Positions 25,137-31,970 of a stretch of DNA of 31,970 nt are shown here, piece after piece. This stretch comes from Bdellovibrionia bacterium (GTDB lineage Bacteria; Bdellovibrionota; UBA1018), in contig JBJMMA010000145.1 in NCBI GenBank assembly GCA_045805065.1, positions 1 to 31,970 on the forward strand, written 5' to 3'. Positions within the stretch are counted from its first letter, which is position 1. Each line of letters begins with the position of its first letter. A program made the position numbers and the translations under genes. The notes beneath the pieces are model-generated. The model worked only from the letters and a program-made list of their open reading frames with translations. It did no database searches and was not told the DNA's origin.

Positions 25137-27594
25137 TCTTATAAACCGCGGCCGCGACGGCAAGCCCTGTACAAAGGAGAGGCAGCTTGAAAGATCGAAG
25201 TGCGTCGGTCAATCGCTGAATCTTTGTTGCCTTCAGGCTTAACTCGGGAGGCTGCTCCAGAATCATTAAAAAACCTTTCCGTTTAAGCACTCTCCAATGA
25301 GAGCGTCCTTTGCGGTCTCGCCAAAACCGCAAGCTCACACTGGCCTTCCCCACTTTCAGATCATGGATCTCGGCCCAAGGAAGCCAATCCGGCAAAATGG
25401 GTTTGATCAGCAGCGTTTTGAGAGGCGCAACAGGACGAATGCCAAACAGGATCTGAAGATAAAGGGAGATTGCTGAGACGGACCACGATTGCAGGAGATT
25501 GGCTTGAGGATAAAGCCCCGGAACAGGATACTCCTCGCTTCGTTCATGTCCGCTGATCACTTCAGGAAGGCGCATGCTCGGAAAAAGTGTCGCTAAAGCA
25601 AATTGGGAACCCAGAAGATCCATCGTCTCACGGACAAAGCCACAGACCGCAAGTCCTCCTGCGATTGTGGAATTTTCAACCGGCCAGACCGAGCCGCGAT
25701 GATAGGAGAATGGATCAAACGCAGGATTATCTGAAGATAGCGTTCGAATCCCCCAACCCGAAAACATCTCCGGTGAAAAAAGTCTGTGCACGACCGACTC
25801 AAGCTTATCCTGATCGATGATGCCCGAGCCCAGGCACTGGGCCGCGTTTGAGGCAATGGCATCTATTTGTTTGCCTTGTCCATCCAGCGCAAGAGCAAAG
25901 AAGTTTTTTCCAGGCATCCAGAAGGCCTGATTAAACCTTTTCTTGAGACTGGACGCCTCTCTGAAATACTGCCTGGCCTCGCGAACTCTTCCAAGAGCGA
26001 GCGCGATTTCCCCGGCAGAAATGAAAGCGAGATAGCAATATCCCTGGATCTCGGCTGCAGCATGCGGCGGAACGCGATTGCGGCCTTGAGCGTCCACGAT
26101 CGCATCATCGGAATCTTTCCACGCCTGATTGGGATTGCAGCCTGGAACGCCTGGAAGAGCGGGAGCATAATAGATAAATCCATTCCCTTCTCGAATTCTG
26201 CGTCTCATCCAGCGAACACAGGCTTCAAAGGTTTTTGCGTGCCGTTCAAGAAGTCCGTGATCCCCCGTCCAATTGTAAGCCGCTGCAAGCGTCACGATCC
26301 AAAATGGCGTGGATGCGACATCTCCGTAGTAGACCTCGCGATTGGACTCACCGAGCGCTGCCAATGGATTGAGTCTCCGCTCATGAAGAATCCGATCGGG
26401 CTCCTCATCTCTCCACGGATTACTCTGAACGCCGCGAAGATTTCCAGTCAGGGCAAGTGCGGGCTCAAGAAAGCGCGGAGAAAAGAGCGCCGCCTGCCAC
26501 GCGGTCGTCAGAGTATCTCGACCAAACACTCCAATGTAGCGCGGGACGCCTGCGCTGAAGGTCGATGCCTGAGCGGGCCCATGATTCAAATCTGGCGAAA
26601 GCTTAAGAAGCTCCAGATCCACCTGAGCTTGTGCGATGATTTGATTGAGGGTCGAGTTACCGGTTCGGATCGTGGTATCTGCCCGGGGATGATCTGATTT
26701 ATCTCTGGGAAGCGGGGCAATCCTATTTGACCCGGGCGATTGATCCACGGCTTTATCACCATTCACCGTAGGCTGAAAGCGGACTGAAAGCTCAACCCAT
26801 GCTCTCGCAGCAAGGACCGTCGAGAGCTTCAGGGTCGAGAGCTTTCCCGGAACTAAATCCACATGGGCTTCGCATCCTTCAGGGTTATCGAGACCGAGTG
26901 TAATGTGGACTCCCCTTTTGATCTCATCGCCATTTTTGGGTGAGTGATTTCCGAGGAGTGCTGCAAGTTCCTCTGTCGGCGCGTTCTTTCTGAATCCGAA
27001 ACTGCGCTCAAAAGTCAGCGCGGGCAATCCGTCTTCCCATCTGACATCGGGCAGAAGCCCTGCTTCGAAGTTTGAGACTCCATGACGACTCTCGTTTTCC
27101 ACTTTCATTTCTTCTTCAAATTCGACATCCCAGACTGGACACGCAAGCTCGAGTTCAAGATTGACATGGCGGGGCGTGGAACTATGGCTTCTCACGCGGA
27201 TGGTCTCAAGCCACTCGTTGTTCAAATGCCGTCGGATACTGACTTCCACTGAGCCTTCCGCCACCTCCAGATCCGATAGCGTGCCCTGAGTCAGGGTGTC
27301 AGGAACCAGGAAAACGCCGCACCATTCATTCGCGGATCCCTGAATCGAGAATGTTCGCGACAGTGTTTTTCCATTTGCTCGCAGGCGATACTGAGTCACG
27401 ATCCGAGCACCGGCAAAAAAGAATCCCTGAAGTGGCCGTCCCGTCAATTGCCCAAGCGGATCGGTCGACAGCCGGGCCCATCCCTTAAATAATGTCAGTA
27501 TATCAGGATCGGTATTTCCCTGGCCGCACGTTCCGTGAAGCGCAGAAACCAGCGGCATCTTTGCCGCATTTTTTGCCATCTTGCTCGCCGCCAT
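25117..27594 (-). CDS. Glycogen-debranching enzyme / amylo-alpha-1,6-glucosidase family (start uncertain, 27558-27594)
   Basis: AGVPRY..FGRD, RDEEP.RILHE.R, YYG..STP, NQAWKDS.D, EIQGY, FSGWGIRTLS, YHRGSVWP, RLPE, YPQA...QSWS. Confidence 0.9.
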   Translation of the reverse strand: MAASKMAKNAAKMPLVSALHGTCGQGNTDPDILTLFKGWARLSTDPLGQLTGRPLQGFFFAGARIVTQYRLRANGKTLSRTFSIQGSANEWCGVFLVPDTLTQGTLSDLEVAEGSVEVSIRRHLNNEWLETIRVRSHSSTPRHVNLELELACPVWDVEFEEEMKVENESRHGVSNFEAGLLPDVRWEDGLPALTFERSFGFRKNAPTEELAALLGNHSPKNGDEIKRGVHITLGLDNPEGCEAHVDLVPGKLSTLKLSTVLAARAWVELSVRFQPTVNGDKAVDQSPGSNRIAPLPRDKSDHPRADTTIRTGNSTLNQIIAQAQVDLELLKLSPDLNHGPAQASTFSAGVPRYIGVFGRDTLTTAWQAALFSPRFLEPALALTGNLRGVQSNPWRDEEPDRILHERRLNPLAALGESNREVYYGDVASTPFWIVTLAAAYNWTGDHGLLERHAKTFEACVRWMRRRIREGNGFIYYAPALPGVPGCNPNQAWKDSDDAIVDAQGRNRVPPHAAAEIQGYCYLAFISAGEIALALGRVREARQYFREASSLKKRFNQAFWMPGKNFFALALDGQGKQIDAIASNAAQCLGSGIIDQDKLESVVHRLFSPEMFSGWGIRTLSSDNPAFDPFSYHRGSVWPVENSTIAGGLAVCGFVRETMDLLGSQFALATLFPSMRLPEVISGHERSEEYPVPGLYPQANLLQSWSVSAISLYLQILFGIRPVAPLKTLLIKPILPDWLPWAEIHDLKVGKASVSLRFWRDRKGRSHWRVLKRKGFLMILEQPPELSLKATKIQRLTDALRSFKLPLLCTGLAVAAAVYKTKPKAA

Positions 27595-27643
27595 TTGGGG
27601 CCTGGAGTTGCAACTTCGAATCCGAAAATCAGGGAGAAATAAA

Positions 27644-28039
27644 ATGGATCAGTTGCGCAGCACCAGGCAGGCATTCAGGATTCTCCAATTTGCCGTCGTG
27701 ATGTTCACTCTCCTCGCCGGCATCGATAAGTATGCCCACGTTCTGACAAACTGGGAGCAATACATGTCTCCCCTTTTCATGGGAATTCTAGGTGCCAAGG
27801 GCACGCACACTTTCTTTTTAGTGGACGGCGCCATTGAAATCCTGGTTGCCATCGGCGTAGCCCTTCGCCCGCGCATTTTCGCCTATATTGTGTCGGCCTG
27901 GCTCATGGGGATCGTGATCAATTTGCTCACGACTGGACATTTCTACGATGTCGCGCTTCGAGATTTTGCGTTGAGCTTGTCCGCATTTGCTTTAGGAAGA
28001 TTGGCGGGGACCTTTTCTAGCAGAACGCCCGCTGCGTGA
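27644..28039 (+). CDS. DoxX-like small membrane protein
   Basis: GGGAG RBS; AGIDK...TNWEQY, G.IEI..G, YIVSAWLMGIVINL, FYDVALRD; four hydrophobic helices. Confidence 0.8.
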   Translation: MDQLRSTRQAFRILQFAVVMFTLLAGIDKYAHVLTNWEQYMSPLFMGILGAKGTHTFFLVDGAIEILVAIGVALRPRIFAYIVSAWLMGIVINLLTTGHFYDVALRDFALSLSAFALGRLAGTFSSRTPAA

Positions 28040-28877
28040 GTCCTGAAAAGTCAGCGAGATAGCATATTGTCTTCTCAAGGACCCGCTCGCCCAAGAGTCT
28101 GATCATCGCCCCCACACCTTTCAGCGTCAAAGACTTCGTCCGAAGCATTTTCTGGGCCCCGTCCAAGGTTTCTTTGGAAGCCTTTTGAATACTGCCGGAG
28201 TCAAAAGGTGGCTGTGGATCGTACTCGATCAGCAACTGCGAGACTTTGGCGTCTTGCTCGGAGGAAAAGCGGGCCGCAAGGCTCAGTGCCATATCGATTC
28301 CTGCCGAAACTCCAGCCGCGGTGATCACTTTGCCATCCGTCACGACTCTCTGATCAGTGACCGGGATCGCGCCAAAATCAGACAAAACAGAAGTCACTGC
28401 CCAGTGAGAAGTTGCATTCTTCCCTTCTAGAATTCCTGCCTTTGCCAATATCAGGGAACCACTGCAGACCGAAGTCGTGTATTGGGTCGTTTTGTCGATG
28501 CGTTTCACCCAATCGATGATTTCCGGATCAGCCATCGCAATGAAGGTCGAGTTGGCGGATCCTGGGATGATCAGAATGTCAGCTTCTTTTACATCCGAAA
28601 AGCCATAAGGCGCGACCAGTGACAGGGCTTTGCTGTCTGTCTCAACTCTGCCCGCTCTCTTTGCCACAAACAGGATTTTGGTATTGGGAATGAACTGCAG
28701 AACTTCATAGGGGCCAATCGCATCGAGAGTGGTCATTCCGTCATAGAGCAGAATGGCTATTTTCGTGGTCTTTTTCGCTGTGTCCGTATTTGCCTCGGCC
28801 AAGGCAGATCCGGCTGAAAGGATGAACGCGATAGTGAGAATGATTCCGTAATAAAACTTCTTCAAAAATCCGATCAT
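28017..28877 (-). CDS. DJ-1/PfpI family protein (isonitrile hydratase-like) with signal peptide
   Basis: AAGGAG RBS; LDAIGPYEVL, SVCSGS, ATSHW, TAAGVSAGIDMAL, EYDPQPPFDSG. Confidence 0.9.
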   Translation of the reverse strand: MIGFLKKFYYGIILTIAFILSAGSALAEANTDTAKKTTKIAILLYDGMTTLDAIGPYEVLQFIPNTKILFVAKRAGRVETDSKALSLVAPYGFSDVKEADILIIPGSANSTFIAMADPEIIDWVKRIDKTTQYTTSVCSGSLILAKAGILEGKNATSHWAVTSVLSDFGAIPVTDQRVVTDGKVITAAGVSAGIDMALSLAARFSSEQDAKVSQLLIEYDPQPPFDSGSIQKASKETLDGAQKMLRTKSLTLKGVGAMIRLLGERVLEKTICYLADFSGLTQRAFC

Positions 28878-28922
28878 ATTTGCTCCTTAAAATAAAAACT
28901 GTGCTTTTCGATGATCAGGATC

Positions 28923-28945
28923 GACCTTCCCATGATGGGAAGGTC
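28923..28945. terminator. Near-perfect palindrome/hairpin downstream of the tRNA
   Basis: GACCTTCCCAT-G-ATGGGAAGGTC. Confidence 0.5.
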
Positions 28946-29003
28946 AAGAAGAAGAAGAAGATGATGAAGATGAAGATGAGAAGGATAAGAAAAATGATGA
29001 AGG
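28945..29003. repeat. Degenerate (GAA/GAT)n purine-rich tract
   Basis: CAAGAAGAAGAAGAAGATGATGAAGATGAAGATGAGAAGGATAAGAAAAATGATGAAGG. Confidence 0.8.
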
Positions 29004-29050
29004 ACCCGTCACAGAGTACGGTTCAGTATTCTGGGTACTGATGATTGAGA

Positions 29051-29136
29051 TGGTGGCTCCCCCGAGACTCGAACTCGGACATCCGTGAGAATACTCGCTT
29101 TTGAGGCGAGCGCGTCTACCATTCCGCCAGGAAGCC
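29051..29136 (-). tRNA. tRNA-Leu (anticodon CAA)
   Basis: Acceptor GGCTTCC/GGGAGCC plus ACCA, D arm TGGCGGAATGGTAGACGC, anticodon arm CTCGC-CTCAAAA-GCGAG, long variable arm, T arm CCGAG-TTCGAGT-CTCGG. Confidence 0.96.
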
Positions 29137-29205
29137 ACATGCCTAATAATTAGGGCAAGAGAGACCCATTTTTAGCGCAACCCCGGCTGGCTGTCCAAGG
29201 GTTTT

Positions 29206-30234
29206 TTACTCCATCCAAGACCAGCTGACGAGCCTCAGCTGTCCCCTGCGATCCAGACGGTAGTCAGCTCCCAGAGGCAAGGCCGCGATTTCAGGGCCAT
29301 GTCCGACGGGCATGCCCTCAGCGACCGGGATTCCCAGACGGTCGCCCAGCTCACCAAAGATGTCTCGAAGACCCCGGCGCTCGTCGAGCTTTTTGCGCAA
29401 AGGCTTAAGCTCCTCGGGCTTTGGGTCATTGAGCATGCGCTTCATCGAAGCTGCATCTTTAGGTTCAACGGCAAGAACGCGCGCCACCGTGTCGCGGCAG
29501 TTCAGGAAATTGCCCAGAAGGATCGCTTTCACTTCTTTGAAAGCGCCGGCCTGAGCGAGCTGATGGAGCATGCGATCGATGCGATACAGAGGCTCATCGA
29601 CATCTTCCAAAAAGAGCATCTTGCCTTTGCTTTGAGGCGCGAAAGGTGTGCCGATCAAGGACGTCCAGACGGCCAGATTGCCCCCCGTCAGCTCAGCTTG
29701 GATCGGAGTTTTGGGCGCGCCGTTGATGAACTTCAGGGGCTTCTTTTCCCAGGGGGCCTTGGCGGCCTTCCCTTCTGTTCCACCATAGACAAAGCGGAGC
29801 AAGGAGTCCCATTCGTCTTTCTTTTGAACGCAAAACTTTCTCATTGCGGGCATCGGCGCATGCATCGTCGCCCAGCCCCAGCGATTGCGGACGTATTCTT
29901 GAAGCGCGGTTGCATCTGAATAGCCCAAAAGGAGTTTGCGATCGGGAATGCCACGCTCGGCGGTGTATTCTTCCAGATAAGGAAGCAGACGAGCGGCACC
30001 ATATCCCCCGCGCGCGGCCCACACGACTGAGAATCGTGGATCCACGGCGTATTCAAAAAAGGCCTGTGCCCTTTCTTCGTCCGTTCCCGCAAAAAAGAGA
30101 TGATTCTTTTTGCATTGAGGATGAACAATCGGGTTCATTCCTGCTTCGCGAAGCTTATCGAGGCCCATTCGGAACTCGATCATGGGAAGTTTGCTCGAAG
30201 GTGCAACGACGCCAATCTGCATTTTGGGACTCAT
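29206..30234 (-). CDS. ldcA: LD-carboxypeptidase (peptidase S66)
   Basis: VVAPSS, AGTDEERA, ARGGYGA.RLL, GYSD.TAL, GGNL, FLEDVDE, GHG (Ser-Glu-His triad). Confidence 0.9.
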   Translation of the reverse strand: MSPKMQIGVVAPSSKLPMIEFRMGLDKLREAGMNPIVHPQCKKNHLFFAGTDEERAQAFFEYAVDPRFSVVWAARGGYGAARLLPYLEEYTAERGIPDRKLLLGYSDATALQEYVRNRWGWATMHAPMPAMRKFCVQKKDEWDSLLRFVYGGTEGKAAKAPWEKKPLKFINGAPKTPIQAELTGGNLAVWTSLIGTPFAPQSKGKMLFLEDVDEPLYRIDRMLHQLAQAGAFKEVKAILLGNFLNCRDTVARVLAVEPKDAASMKRMLNDPKPEELKPLRKKLDERRGLRDIFGELGDRLGIPVAEGMPVGHGPEIAALPLGADYRLDRRGQLRLVSWSWME

Positions 30235-30247
30235 AGTACCTAAGAGT

Positions 30248-30856
30248 CTAACTGGCAGAGAGGTGTACGGCTAGCTCTTTCAATCCATCTTTGCTTTCAG
30301 AAGAGACCCAGAAAATATTTCCGGTAGGATCAAAGCCCAGGTGCTTGATCGCTTGAACGACTTCTTTCTTGCGCTTGGATCTTTCGGCTTGAGTTTTGAG
30401 CTGATCATATTTCGTCATGACGAACGTCATGGGAACAGCTTGGGAAGAAAGAAAGCGAATCGCGTCTTCATCTAATTTCGTAGGTCCATGACGAGAGTCG
30501 AGCAAGATCAGGGCGCGCTCTAAATGTTGATCTTCAGCAAAGTAAGCGTCAATAAACTCGGACCAGCGGTCGCGTTCATCTTTTGACGTTTTTGCATAAC
30601 CATAGCCCGGAAGGTCAGCGATGATTTTCTTGATGTCCTTCCAAAGGTAAAAGTGAATTGCGCGCGTCTTGCCAGGCTCTTTACTCACCTGCGCGACCTT
30701 GGTCTGCACCAGCGCATTGATCAGGGAGCTTTTCCCGACGTTCGAGCGTCCTACCATGGCAACGCGAGGCTCGCCCCGTCCTTTGATGAACTTGCCATTG
30801 AACATGCCATCAAAATTCGAAATAGCTCCAATAGTGACGACAAACTCAGCTGCCAT
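30248..30856 (-). CDS. engB: Ribosome biogenesis GTPase YihA/YsxC
   Basis: GRSNVGKSSLIN, SKEPGKTR, DLPGYGYAK, LDSRH, TKYD. Confidence 0.95.
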   Translation of the reverse strand: MAAEFVVTIGAISNFDGMFNGKFIKGRGEPRVAMVGRSNVGKSSLINALVQTKVAQVSKEPGKTRAIHFYLWKDIKKIIADLPGYGYAKTSKDERDRWSEFIDAYFAEDQHLERALILLDSRHGPTKLDEDAIRFLSSQAVPMTFVMTKYDQLKTQAERSKRKKEVVQAIKHLGFDPTGNIFWVSSESKDGLKELAVHLSAS

Positions 30857-31094
30857 GGGAATCCTCTCGAGGCTTTACTAATCAGTTCAGGATTGAACCA
30901 AAATCCTAGCCTTTAAAACTTCGTACTTGAGACAGAAGACCAGCATTGCGCGTCCTTCTGTACCCACAAATGATGATCTATCAAGAACTTAGGGACCATA
31001 CCTGAGAAAGACTCCCGAAACAACTCATGCGAGCATGCCGATTGCTCTAAAGGCCAGAAACGAGACCTTAAGCTTGAAAGAGGAGTATTGAGTT

Positions 31095-31970
31095 ATGTGG
31101 CAAGTTCGAATTGAAGATCCATCGGGCGAGACCCGAATCTGTTCGCTAAAGAAACCCACCCTTCGCGTAGGACGCGATCCAAGTTGCGAGATCCAGCTTC
31201 GGGATCCCCTGGTCCCATCCGAAGCCGCGCTCATTTGGGAGACGCCCCGTGCCTCTTCTTCCAAAAATGCGTCCCGCACGGCCTCACCCTACTGGGTGCG
31301 AACGCTTGATTCTGAGCAACCCCTGCTGCTTGGAGACTTGCCGTTTCGCGAGTCGCAGCTTCCACACGGGATGATTCTCACGGTCGGTGAAAGCCGGATC
31401 GTGCTTCAACGAGCGGATGAGCATCTGGCGCTTCCCGATCAGCCTCACAGCATCCGCCCCTGGCTCACCTGCTCCGAGTCGGGTCGAAAGCTTCTTTGGA
31501 CAGCCAAAAAAGCTGCGGGCACGCCCCTCTCGCTCTACCTTGCGGGCGAGACCGGCACCGGAAAAGAAGTCCTCGCGCAGCTTCTTCATGCCTGGAGCGA
31601 TCGCGCGCGAGGCCCTTTCATCCCGCTTCATTGCGGAGCGCTTCCTTTGTCACTGGCTGAAAGTGAGCTCTTTGGACACGTCAAAGGCGCGTTCACGGGC
31701 GCAATCCAGCAACGCCCCGGAGCCTTGATGCAGGCTCATGGTGGAACGCTTTTTCTGGACGAAGTCGGCGATCTCCCCCTCGATATTCAGGTCAAGCTTC
31801 TGCGCTTTCTGGAGAATGGAGAAATCAGACCGGTCGGGGCCGACCAATCCACGCGTGTGGATGTGCGCCTGATCTGCGCGACCCACCATCCCCTCAGGCA
31901 GCTTGTGGAAGAAGGAAAGTTTCGCCGCGATCTTTACTTCCGGATCGCATCCGTGACACTTGAGATCCCT
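31095..31970 (+). CDS. sigma54-dependent transcriptional activator with N-terminal FHA-like domain (runs off right edge; not in ORF track)
   Basis: Manual translation from ATG 31095 (AGGAG RBS): LRVGRDPSCEIQLRD, GETGTGKE, ESELFGHVKGAFTGA, GGTLFLDEVG, QVKLLRFLE, FRRDLYFR. Confidence 0.95.
   Translation, partial: MWQVRIEDPSGETRICSLKKPTLRVGRDPSCEIQLRDPLVPSEAALIWETPRASSSKNASRTASPYWVRTLDSEQPLLLGDLPFRESQLPHGMILTVGESRIVLQRADEHLALPDQPHSIRPWLTCSESGRKLLWTAKKAAGTPLSLYLAGETGTGKEVLAQLLHAWSDRARGPFIPLHCGALPLSLAESELFGHVKGAFTGAIQQRPGALMQAHGGTLFLDEVGDLPLDIQVKLLRFLENGEIRPVGADQSTRVDVRLICATHHPLRQLVEEGKFRRDLYFRIASVTLEIP

Noticed and set aside
27597..27612. sigma54-like GGGGCCTGGAGTTGCA upstream of the DoxX-like gene
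   Set aside because: Spacing fits but the -24 element is too degenerate to call without a PWM.
17344..29136. Genomic island integrated at tRNA-Leu
   Set aside because: No integrase, and I could not find a duplicate of the tRNA 3' end in the window.
28944..29138. 64-aa ORF with poly-Ser end
   Set aside because: Coincides with tRNA-Leu and the microsatellite.
31025..31889. Short ORFs listed at the right end
   Set aside because: Alternative frames of the sigma54 activator gene starting at 31095.

Overview
Bacterial chromosomal segment, probably Bdellovibrionota. This is inferred from a TIGR02147/DUF4423-type gene and many secreted hydrolases and Cys-rich lipoproteins. Left to right: a protein-quality-control cluster (5' part of lon running off the left edge with a sigma32-like promoter, an MDR oxidoreductase, cbpA-cbpM); a YHS lipoprotein with an orphan TolC; a RelE/HigB-type toxin-antitoxin pair with operator; a TIGR02147 regulator facing a modular secreted protein; a secreted lysophospholipase; an ArsC/Spx protein; menG(ubiE) divergent from menF-D-H-A-C-E (no menB); an accessory block of secreted and surface proteins (Tat beta-helix protein, Cys-rich and His-rich lipoproteins, S1 protease, AGQK-repeat protein, monoheme cytochrome c-porin fusion, cupredoxin, SAM methyltransferase, glycogen-debranching enzyme, DoxX-like, DJ-1/PfpI); tRNA-Leu(CAA); LD-carboxypeptidase; engB; and an FHA-like/sigma54 activator running off the right edge. 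The best candidate for an undescribed system is 21876-25136. It has a Cyc2-like CxxCH-porin fusion divergent from a type-1 copper protein, followed by a secreted (AGQK)n peptide, each preceded by a GG-N10-GC sigma54-type motif. All calls come from motif recognition by eye; no searches were run.
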